Shown piece by piece: positions 20,431 to 28,477 of a DNA stretch of 64,000 bases (positions are counted from its first letter, which is position 1; every line of letters begins with the position of its first letter). Origin of the DNA: an uncultured Holophagales bacterium (GTDB taxonomy: Bacteria > Acidobacteriota > Thermoanaerobaculia > Multivoradales > UBA5704); assembly GCA_963842525.1 (NCBI GenBank), contig CAWJGT010000011.1:96001-160000 (forward strand), in the 5' to 3' direction. Below the pieces are notes generated by a model that made no database searches, was not told where the DNA came from, and worked only from the letters and a program-made list of their open reading frames with translations. The position numbers were made by a program, and so were the translations under genes.

Positions 20431-21894
20431 TCAATCCGGCCGGGGGGCCGAGCGCTTCACCTTTTCGATGTCGGCGATCACCTTCCGCGTCAGGTCCGCG
20501 GTGGCGACTTCATGCTTCGCAGCCTCGCAGAAGAGCTTCAGCGCCGCCAGGGCCTCCCGCTCGATCCCCTGGTGCCGGAAGATCCACTCCATGGCGACCG
20601 CCATCTGCGCCACCTCTTTCGCGCGCCCCGCTTCCAGCCAGAGCACCGCCAGGTCCAGCCCTGAAAGAGCAGCGTCGTAGGGCAGCTCTTCGGCGGTGAA
20701 CACCCTTTGCGCCTGCTCCAGCCGTTCCATCGCCACCTGCTTTTGCCCCAACCCGGCCATGGTTTTCGCTTCCAGCCAGAGCACGCGGTTGAGGTCCAGG
20801 CGCTTGCGCTGCTTCTCGGCAAGGGAACGCACCTCAGGCATCCACCTGGCGGCCTCCGCATAGCGCTCCAGGTACACCAGGTTGGCAGCCGTGTTGAAGC
20901 GGTGTGCGAAGAGAAGGTGCTCATCACCCACTACCGCAATCTTGGCCGCGGCTTGCTCTAGAGCCACGACTGCGCCCTTGAAATCACACATTTGTTGAAA
21001 GATATTCGCTTTCATCACCAAGAGCCGCGCAATCGCGACGGTATCGATTCCCTGAGCCTCCACCGCCTGGTCGAGGAGAGTTAGGGCTTCGGCAAAGCGG
21101 TGCTGTTCCCGCCGCAGCGAGGCTTCGCGGTCGAGCATCCGCCATCCAGGGAGCAGGCCTTCGGGATCAGCGCCGGCCTTCCTGAGGTTAGCTGCCCGCG
21201 CAAAGTCGGCATCGGCCCCGTCGAAATCGTTGGCTACCCTACGAGCATTGCCAATATAGATCCAACAGTACCCCTGGAGCGCGGCGCGGAAGCCTTCGTC
21301 GCCCTCTGCCTGCTTGGCGATCGCTAGAGCGAGCTCGGCCAGCTCCAATGCCTCTTTGGTGCTGTGGGCCGCGGCGCGCTCGCTTTCGTGGCAGAGCCTC
21401 ACCGCCAGGGCCCAGCTCCGGGAGGCCCGCAGTGAGAAACCCAACCGCCGTTGCCGTTCCTGCATAGGAAAAGGTTCCAGAGCCTGCCAGACCTCGTCCG
21501 CGGCGCGAAGCGCCTCGGTGGGCGGCTGCCGGTCTTCTTCCGCTGCCCACTCTTCGAGGCTCAAGGGGATCTCCGCCAGCAGCCCGGGCTGCACGATGGC
21601 CGGTTTGAACCGGAGATCCCTCCCGCCGACGGCCGGGCCGCGCCTCCTGGTTGAAGCGAGGGCCGCGGCAAAGAAGCGCCGTGCATGCACCACGAGGGAC
21701 CAGTCAACGTCAGCGGCGCCAGCCATCCGCCGAAGCTGCTCCTCTTTCGGTGCAAGCTTTCCCGCCTCCATGAGCGAGATGTCGCTCTGGGAGATCCGGG
21801 CCTTCTCGCCAAATTTCTCCTGCGACATGCCGGCGTGGAAGCGGAGATGCGCCACCACATACTTCAAGACCGCGGGATCACCCTTCCTTGCCAT
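20431..21894 (-). CDS. XRE-family HTH fused to TPR-like helical repeats (putative regulator/peptide receptor)
   Basis: LRFHAGMSQEKFGEKARISQSDISLMEAG HTH, followed by helical repeats (GNARRVAND, RVLWLEAK, YDAALSGLDLA, IEREALAAL). Confidence 0.85.
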   Translation of the reverse strand: MARKGDPAVLKYVVAHLRFHAGMSQEKFGEKARISQSDISLMEAGKLAPKEEQLRRMAGAADVDWSLVVHARRFFAAALASTRRRGPAVGGRDLRFKPAIVQPGLLAEIPLSLEEWAAEEDRQPPTEALRAADEVWQALEPFPMQERQRRLGFSLRASRSWALAVRLCHESERAAAHSTKEALELAELALAIAKQAEGDEGFRAALQGYCWIYIGNARRVANDFDGADADFARAANLRKAGADPEGLLPGWRMLDREASLRREQHRFAEALTLLDQAVEAQGIDTVAIARLLVMKANIFQQMCDFKGAVVALEQAAAKIAVVGDEHLLFAHRFNTAANLVYLERYAEAARWMPEVRSLAEKQRKRLDLNRVLWLEAKTMAGLGQKQVAMERLEQAQRVFTAEELPYDAALSGLDLAVLWLEAGRAKEVAQMAVAMEWIFRHQGIEREALAALKLFCEAAKHEVATADLTRKVIADIEKVKRSAPRPD

Positions 21895-22010
21895 CCCTCT
21901 CGCCTCCCGATTCTGGGAATAGGCTATACCCGGTCAGTGTCCTGTTTCGGGCCGGAGCAGCGCCTGCGAGGTCATGGGGGCCGCGCCGGAGCGCTCTCCA
22001 GGGAGACGCC

Positions 22011-22313
22011 ATGTCCCATGTCTCGCTGCGTCGCAAGCTCGCCTTCCTCCTGCTCCTCGCCTTCTTCGCCGCCCCTTGGGCCACCGTGGCCGGGGAGCGG
22101 AGCGGAAGCCAACGGCCGCTGCAATCCGCCGCGGTCGAGTCCTTGAACCTCGCCGGCCGCCTGTGGCGCCTCCTGACGCGCGTCTGGAGTGAGACAGGCT
22201 GCATGATCGACCCAGGCGGCCGCTGCATCCCCGGCACGGGCGACGCGCCTGCGGCAACGACCCAGGGGGACGAAGGCTGCCAGATCGACCCATCGGGCCG
22301 CTGTGTGTCCTGA
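22011..22313 (+). CDS. Small secreted propeptide with two GCxIDPxGRC cores
   Basis: GGGAGA RBS; signal peptide MSHVSLRRKLAFLLLLAFFAAPWATVA; cores ETGCMIDPGGRC and DEGCQIDPSGRC. Confidence 0.8.
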   Translation: MSHVSLRRKLAFLLLLAFFAAPWATVAGERSGSQRPLQSAAVESLNLAGRLWRLLTRVWSETGCMIDPGGRCIPGTGDAPAATTQGDEGCQIDPSGRCVS

Positions 22314-22317
22314 TCCT

Positions 22318-23829
22318 TCAACCCCGGCCTCCCGGCGCGTTGCCCGGCCGGGAGGCCGAGCGCATCACCTTTTCGATGTCGGCGCTCACCTGCCCGGCCA
22401 GCTCCACGGTGGCGGCCTCCTGCCTGGCCGCATCGCAGAAGAGCTTCAGAGCCGCCAGGGCCTCCCGGTCGATCCGCTGGTGCCGGAAGATCCACTGCAT
22501 GGCGTTCGCCAACTGCCGCACTTCCTTCGAGCGGCCCGCTTCCAGCCAGAGCATAGCCAGATCCAGACCTGAAAGCGCTGCGTCGTAAGGGAGCTCTTCG
22601 GCGGTGAAGGTCCCCTGTACCTGTTCCAGCCGCGCCATTGCCTCCTGCTTCTGCCCCAGCCCGGCCATCGCCTTCGCTTCCAACCAGAGCACGCGGGTGA
22701 GGTCTAGGAGCTTGCGCTGCTGCTCGGCGAGAGCGCGCACCGCTGGCAGCCGCCGGGCGGCCTCTTCGTAGCGCTCCACATAGAACAGGTTGATACAGGT
22801 GTTGAACCGCAGGGCGAAAATCAGCGGCTCGTCGCCCATCCTTTCGATTGCAGGTGCGGCTTCCGCTAGAGCCGTTAGCGCACCTTCAAAATCACCCATC
22901 TGTTGAAGGATATTAGCCCTTACCAATCGGAGTCGCGCGGTCGCTAGAGCATCGCTCCTGTGTGCCGCCACTGCCCGGTCAAGTAGCGAAAGTGCTTCCG
23001 GGAACTGGTGCTGTTCCCGCCTTAGCGCGGCCTCGCGCTCGAGCATCCGCCAAGTAGGAAGTAGGCCGTCGGGGTTAGCCCCGACCTTCCAGAAGTCGGC
23101 GGCGCGGGCAAAGTCGGCATCGGCTCCATCGAAGTCGTTGCCGACCCGCCGGGCATTGGCGATGTAGATCCAGCAATACGCCTGGAGCGCGGCGCCGAAG
23201 CGGGTGTCGCCCTGGAAATGCTCGGCCATGAAGAGGGCGAGCCGCGCGAGCTCCAGCGCCTCCTTGGCGCTGTGGGCCGCGGCGCGCTCGCTTTCATGGC
23301 AGACCTTCACGGCGAGGGCCCAGCGGCGGTATTCGGGGAAGGTGAGGACCTGGTCGCGCCATTCTTCGCGCGGAACGGTCTTCAATTTGGCCCACAGCTC
23401 GGTGGCATCGCGGTGAGCCGCTGCCGCCTTTTCCTGTTTGCGTTTGCGGACCAGCTCGGCGCGCACCTCGCGGACGAGCGCCCAGCCATGGGTCATGACC
23501 GTGCGGAGGATGCGCTGGCGCTCTTCTGGAGTGAGGGCCACGGGCGAGGCCGACTCGTCAACGGACGGGGGCACGACCAGCTCGTGGAGGAAGAGGAGGA
23601 GATCGACGGCCTCGGGGGGCTGGCCGATGCGGCCCACCAGCTCCTCGAGCTGCTCACGACTCAGTGTCTGGCTGCCGATCTCGTAGCGGCGGAGCAGCTT
23701 TTCGTTGATCCTGAGGAGGTCGGCGCCGTCCTTGGGGATCGGGGCCACGAGGGCGCGGAGGTAGAGCAACGCCATGGCGGTGGCCGGGGTGATGTCCTGC
23801 TCTGGTTCCGGGGGTGTGTCCGGGCTCAT
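22318..23829 (-). CDS. Degenerate XRE-HTH + TPR-like protein, paralogue of 20431..21894
   Basis: LLYLRAL...LLRRYEIGSQTLSREQLEEL; shares CHESERAAAHS, NARRVxNDFDGADADF and EELPYDAALSGLDLA with the first copy. Confidence 0.85.
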   Translation of the reverse strand: MSPDTPPEPEQDITPATAMALLYLRALVAPIPKDGADLLRINEKLLRRYEIGSQTLSREQLEELVGRIGQPPEAVDLLLFLHELVVPPSVDESASPVALTPEERQRILRTVMTHGWALVREVRAELVRKRKQEKAAAAHRDATELWAKLKTVPREEWRDQVLTFPEYRRWALAVKVCHESERAAAHSAKEALELARLALFMAEHFQGDTRFGAALQAYCWIYIANARRVGNDFDGADADFARAADFWKVGANPDGLLPTWRMLEREAALRREQHQFPEALSLLDRAVAAHRSDALATARLRLVRANILQQMGDFEGALTALAEAAPAIERMGDEPLIFALRFNTCINLFYVERYEEAARRLPAVRALAEQQRKLLDLTRVLWLEAKAMAGLGQKQEAMARLEQVQGTFTAEELPYDAALSGLDLAMLWLEAGRSKEVRQLANAMQWIFRHQRIDREALAALKLFCDAARQEAATVELAGQVSADIEKVMRSASRPGNAPGGRG

Positions 23830-23975
23830 GCCTGTCTCCCTGAAGACCTCTTTCAGAAAGAAGGTTGCCGCACCAAGGAAATCTGTGACACGCGGGAAAC
23901 CGGACGCAGATAGTCCATATGAAATCGCGGCGGCCGGATCAGGCAATTGTGCAGCCGCCCTACGATGCCCCTGCA

Positions 23976-24185
23976 ATGGGACAAGACCCGCTGCTGTGTC
24001 AACGCCGGCCCGCCGTGGAGAGCCCGCATGTGGACGAGCGCCGCTTGCTGCGGGGTGAGCTCGATCGGGCCGAGCGGCGCCAATTCCTCCGCTGTCTGCT
24101 GAAAGGCTGCCCGGAGTGTACCGCCCTGGCACGCTGGATCTGGCGGATGGGCGAGCTTCCGGAGAAGGGCCGCGCCGCGCGATGA
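23976..24185 (+). CDS. Small protein resembling a stand-alone ZAS/zf-HC2-like zinc finger
   Basis: HVDERRLLRGELDRAERRQFLRCLLKGCPEC resembles the N-termini of the 25474 and 44736 proteins; its stop overlaps the next ATG. Confidence 0.55.
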   Translation: MGQDPLLCQRRPAVESPHVDERRLLRGELDRAERRQFLRCLLKGCPECTALARWIWRMGELPEKGRAAR

Positions 24186-24439
24186 CGTTCGGGGAGGCGC
24201 AGGCGGAGCTCCGGCAGATGCTGTCGGAGCTGGAGAGGGTACGGGCGCGGCTGCATGTCGTGCACGGGAGCCTTCCGGCAGCGCCTGAAGATCTGGACAC
24301 GGAGGATTTCGCGAGCCACCCGGAGGGGATCAGCGGGCTGCGGAGCGCAATCGAAGGCCTGTTGGCCGACCAGATCGGCCCGACGATCCGGGACGTGCGG
24401 GCGGCGCTGGAGATTCCCGAGAGAGAGCAGAAGCTGTAA
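24182..24439 (+). CDS. Small helical hypothetical protein
   Basis: ATGA-coupled ORF, MTFGEAQAELRQMLSELERVRARL...; a hairpin with T-run follows (~24481-24512). Confidence 0.65.
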   Translation: MTFGEAQAELRQMLSELERVRARLHVVHGSLPAAPEDLDTEDFASHPEGISGLRSAIEGLLADQIGPTIRDVRAALEIPEREQKL

Positions 24440-24542
24440 GGAGGCGAGGAGGCTGCGTTGTCGCCGGGTCGAATCCCCGCGCCCGGGTGCCGAAAGCCCG
24501 GGAGCTTTTTTTCTACGAGCCGGCCGAACGAAAGGAGCGTAG

Positions 24543-25123
24543 ATGGACGACGATCTGCTGAGGTTCTGCACGTTCATGGCGCGGGACCCCGACGGGGGGG
24601 AAGGCTGTTGCCCGGCGCCGCCTAGCGCAGGGGAGCCGGAAGCGGTCCCGGCCCTGAAGCTGGATCACATCGCGGTGGTGGTGGCGGATCTGGAACGAGC
24701 GGTCCATCTGTTCACGCTCCTCGGGTACGAGGCGACGGAGCAGCGGCGCATGGCCGGCAATCTGAGCGTGATGATGAAGAGCGGTGAGTCGGCGATCGCT
24801 CTGTTCGTCCCCGTGAGCCGGCATTCAGATCTTCGCCAGTTCGTGGCGACCCGGGGCGCGGGGTTGCAGCACATCGCCTTCGAGGCGGCGAGCCTGGAGC
24901 AGGCGGCGGAGGTCCTTGGCTGTGTTCTCGAATGGGAGCGGGAACCGTTCGTCCATGCCGGGCTCCGTATGCTGTGGTCGAAGCCGGACCCGACCACCGG
25001 GCTGGTCATCGAGCTGTTCGAACGCCGCGCCGCGGGCGAGGAAGAGGGCGAGGCGCCGACGTGCTGCAGGAACACGTGTTTGTGGCGTTCCTGCGACGGC
25101 AGGTCGCCTTTTGCGACGGTTGA
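24543..25123 (+). CDS. VOC (glyoxalase / methylmalonyl-CoA epimerase-like) protein; C-terminus uncertain
   Basis: KLDHIAVVVADLERA...GLQHIAF...GLVIELFE; AAAGGAG RBS. The uncorrected ORF runs to 25337. Confidence 0.75.
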
Positions 25124-25129
25124 TCGTGC

Positions 25130-25349
25130 TGCAGGGCAAGGGCGAGCCGCGGCTGGATTTTTTGCTGCGGGTGGTGCGCGCGTCGCGCGACCCGGGCTGG
25201 CGCAACCCGAGGTCGCGGGCCACCTCGACCGCAGCCTTCGCCAATTCCACCATCTCCCCCACATCGCGGTGCCGGACTTCCCAGCTCCGCGCCAGCAGAG
25301 CCGCATAGACCCCGCCCACCCTGGCGGCTCTCCTTGACTGCGCGCGCAT
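25130..25349 (-). pseudogene. Fragment of the same TPR-like family
   Basis: ALLARSWEVRHRDVGEMVELAKAAVEVA resembles the first helical repeat of the neighbouring TPR proteins. Confidence 0.4.
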
Positions 25350-25384
25350 TTTTGACCCCGGCCGGCAAAGCGCGCGCGATGTCA

Positions 25385-25413
25385 TTGACATCGTGCGACG
25401 CAGTGTATAAAAT
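25385..25413 (+). promoter_or_regulatory. Near-consensus sigma-70 promoter
   Basis: TTGACA-17 nt-TAAAAT upstream of a GGAGG RBS and the GTG at 25474. Confidence 0.65.
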
Positions 25414-25473
25414 CAGTACCGTCGTTCAAGTAGAGCGACATTCTGTCCGGGGTCTTGGCCCCAGGGAGGTGAT

Positions 25474-26776
25474 GTGGACGGCCATTTGAGTCGAGAGGCA
25501 TTGAGCCGGATGTTCGCGGGAGGGGACGAGCGGGACGCCGCGCAGGTGCTTCACCTGCTGGACTGCGAGCCTCTGCTTCGCCCTGGCCCAGGAATTCCTG
25601 GCGGCCTGCCAGGAGGACGAAGACGGCGGGAGCGAGCTGCTGTGGGGGCCGGTCGGGGTGCCGGTGGAGACGGCGGTCTGGGCCGCCGAAGCGGCGCCGT
25701 TGTACGCCGAGCTGCTCGGCCTGGCGGCGCCGCGCCGTTTCGAGGCGATCCGGGAGGCGCGGTTCAAGAACCTGTTTCTGGCGGAGCTGCTCCTGCGGGA
25801 AGGCGAGCGGCTCGCACCGGCAGAGCCGGAGAAGTCGGAAGAGCTGGCCCTCCTCGCCTATCACCTCGGAGGGTCTACGTATCCGCGGGAGCTGAGCGTC
25901 TGGGTCGAAGAGGTCGTGGCGCGGTCCTGCTGCCTGTTGGGGAACGCCCGCCGCGTGGGTGGAGACCTGGAGGGTGCCGACAAGAGGTTTCGCATGGCGT
26001 CGGCCGCTCTGGCAGTGCCTCCGGATTCGCCGGTGCGGGCCTTTTTCTGCCAGATGCTGGCCTATTTGCGCGAGGACCAGAGCCGCGACCGGGAGGCCGA
26101 GCCGCTGCTCTGGCGAGCGGCCCGGATCTACCGCGAGGCAGGGCGGAGAGCGCCGCAGGGGGAATGCAATTGCCGGCTTGGCTTCCTTTTCTTGCGGGCA
26201 TACGACCTGGAGAGGGCGGCATCGGTCCTGTTGCGCGCCTGGCTGCTGCTCCAGGATGCGGGCTCGCCGTTGCTTGCGGCGCGCTCAGGCCTCGGCCTGG
26301 CCGTCTGTCTGGCGGCGCTCGGGCAGCCCAGGGCGGCCAGAGTCCTGCTGGAACAGTGCCGCGAGCTGACGACCGTGTGGCAAGGCGACTCCGCAGAGCT
26401 GGTCCGTCTGCACTGGCTGGAGGGCAGGATCGAAGCGCACCTCGGCGACCTGGCGGAAGCGGTGCCGCGTCTCGAAGCCGTGCGCCGCCGGCTGTTGGAC
26501 GAGGAGAAGCTGGTGGAGAGCGCCCTCTGCACCATCGACCTGGCGACCGTGTACGCAAAGGTCGGCCGGGCAGAGGACATCCTGCCTCTGATTCATGAAA
26601 TCGCCGCCCATTTTCCGGGCTCCCTCGGCCTGACGCGCATCCTGGTGGCGTTGTGCGGTGTGCTGAACACGGCCCACCTGGGCGAGGGCGACCTCGAAAC
26701 CGTGGCCCGCAGGGCGGTGGGCCTGATCCTCCGTCCCGAGGAGTGGCACGAGCCGCCTCCTCCGGAGGAAAACTGA
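25474..26776 (+). CDS. ZAS-like zinc finger + TPR-like protein, frameshift near 25572
   Basis: MDGHLSREALSR...HLLDCExC, then GNARRVGGD, LHWLEGRI and SALCTIDLA in ORF 25658..26776. Confidence 0.78.
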
Positions 26777-26831
26777 TCGGCTTTCCCGGTGCCAATGAAG
26801 GCGCCGGATGTTCGAGCCAAGGAGGTTCGAC

Positions 26832-27221
26832 ATGTTGGTAGAGAACGTCAAGCAGGGGCAGTCTGCGGTGGTGAAGGAACCCGGCGAAGCGCTCGGTTTG
26901 AAGGCGGAGCGAGTGCAGGAGGAGCTCGCCTTGGGGGTCCGGGAGGTGCTCGGTCTCAAGGCGGAGCGGGTGCAGGTGCTGCTCCAGGCGGGCTGGCGCC
27001 TGATCGAAGGAGCGACGGCGCTCCAGCGGGTCCGGGTGTTTCCTCATGCGCGCGTGGCGCAGGAGTACTCGAACTATGTCTCGGCGCTCGCCAATGCGCT
27101 GCGGCTGTCGATCCAGACCCGTCTGGCCGGCAGGCGGTGCGACGTCATCCTGCGGCTCGTGCCGGGACCGGCGGGCGGCGTCGAGGAGGCGCTGATCGAG
27201 CTCGGCGCCGAGCTGGGCTGA
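26832..27221 (+). CDS. Hypothetical protein with LGLKAERVQ duplication, weakly pterin-carbinolamine-dehydratase-like
   Basis: GGAGG RBS; GWRLIEGATALQRVRVFP...YVSALA pattern. Confidence 0.6.
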   Translation: MLVENVKQGQSAVVKEPGEALGLKAERVQEELALGVREVLGLKAERVQVLLQAGWRLIEGATALQRVRVFPHARVAQEYSNYVSALANALRLSIQTRLAGRRCDVILRLVPGPAGGVEEALIELGAELG

Positions 27222-27234
27222 AAGGAGGTCCATC

Positions 27235-27633
27235 ATGCCCACAGGCGCATTGTCCGACATCCGGAAGGAGTGGGAAACCCTTCTGGAAACCATCCAAACC
27301 AATGCCGAGGACCTGCCGTTTTTAGGGCCGTACCGGACTCAGCTCACGGGCGAGCTCGACGGGCTCAAGGCAGCGAGCCTCCGGCAGGGTACCTTCAAGG
27401 CGCAGTTCCAGCAGGCCACACGGGATGTCGAAGGTCATCGCAAACGGGGTCAGGATCTGGCGACCCGGCTGCGGAACGGCATCCGGTCCGCGTACGGCAT
27501 GACGGCGGAAAAGCTGACCGAGTTCGGTCTGCAGCCCCGTCGCAACCGCCCGAAGAAAAAGCCGCAGGAGACCGGCTCTTCACCGACGGCTCCTACGGCC
27601 AGCTCCACGACCGCTTCCACGATCAAGGAGTGA
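27235..27633 (+). CDS. Hypothetical helical/coiled-coil protein
   Basis: AAAGGAGG RBS; ...RLRNGIRSAYGMTAEKLTEFGLQP with a basic tail; GC hairpin at ~27655-27680. Confidence 0.75.
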   Translation: MPTGALSDIRKEWETLLETIQTNAEDLPFLGPYRTQLTGELDGLKAASLRQGTFKAQFQQATRDVEGHRKRGQDLATRLRNGIRSAYGMTAEKLTEFGLQPRRNRPKKKPQETGSSPTAPTASSTTASTIKE

Positions 27634-27703
27634 ACCCAGTATAGCCCTACACCACGGGGGGCGGCGCAACCGCCCCCCGCCTTTACCGGTACAATCCCGG
27701 GCC

Positions 27704-28477
27704 GTGCAGCTCCAGATCCTGATTGCTCTCTACGTGGCGGTCCTCGGGCTGATCGTGGGCAGCTATCTGAACGTGGTCATCTACCGGCTGCCGCGGGGGA
27801 TCTCGACGGTGCTGCCGCGGTCGCGCTGCCCGGGGTGCGGCGCCGCGATCCGCGCCCGCGACAACGTGCCGGTCTTCTCCTATCTCCTGCTGCGCGGGCG
27901 CTGCCGCTCCTGCGGGACGAAGATCTCGTGGCGCTATCCGCTGGTCGAGGCGGCGACGGCCCTGCTGTTCGTCGCCTGCCTCTTCCGCTTCGGCCTGACG
28001 GTCGAAGCCCTGGTCGCCGTGGTCTTCTCCTGCCTGATGCTGGCGCTGGCGCTGATCGACTACGACCACATGATCCTGCCCGACCGGATCACCCTGCCGG
28101 GGATCGTGCTGGGGCTCGCCGTGCAGCCCTGGATCCACTGGGTCGGGCTGGTGGCCTCCGTTCTCGGGGTCCTCCTCGGCGCCGGCATCCTGCTCGCCGT
28201 GTGGGGCGCCTGGTACCTGATCCGCAAGGAGGAGGGGATGGGGCTCGGCGATGTGAAGATGCTCGCCCTGATCGGCGCCTTCCTGGGCTGGAAAGGGGTC
28301 CTGGTCGCGCTCTTCTGCGGCGCCCTGGCCGGTTCGGTGGTCGGCATCGCACTGATGCGATGGGGGAGCCATGACATGCGGTCGAAGCTGCCGTTCGGCA
28401 CCTTCCTCGCCCTCGGCGGCCTGATCGCCCTCTTTGCCGGCGAGGCGATCGCCGGCTTCTACGCGCGGCTGTTATGA
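27704..28477 (+). CDS. pilD: Prepilin peptidase / N-methyltransferase (A24)
   Basis: GSYLNVVIYRLP, SRCPGC, GRCRSC, MGLGDVKM and PFGTFL motifs. Confidence 0.95.
   Translation: MQLQILIALYVAVLGLIVGSYLNVVIYRLPRGISTVLPRSRCPGCGAAIRARDNVPVFSYLLLRGRCRSCGTKISWRYPLVEAATALLFVACLFRFGLTVEALVAVVFSCLMLALALIDYDHMILPDRITLPGIVLGLAVQPWIHWVGLVASVLGVLLGAGILLAVWGAWYLIRKEEGMGLGDVKMLALIGAFLGWKGVLVALFCGALAGSVVGIALMRWGSHDMRSKLPFGTFLALGGLIALFAGEAIAGFYARLL

Noticed and set aside
22011-22313. Classical RiPP cluster (lanthipeptide, lasso, radical SAM) around the peptide
   Set aside because: No modifying enzyme or dedicated peptide exporter is adjacent, and the peptide has a Sec-type signal rather than a RiPP leader.
24543-25337. 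Full 264-aa length of the VOC ORF
   Set aside because: The tail beyond ~25050 is low-complexity and overlaps an opposite-strand TPR fragment; a frameshifted end at 25123 is more plausible.
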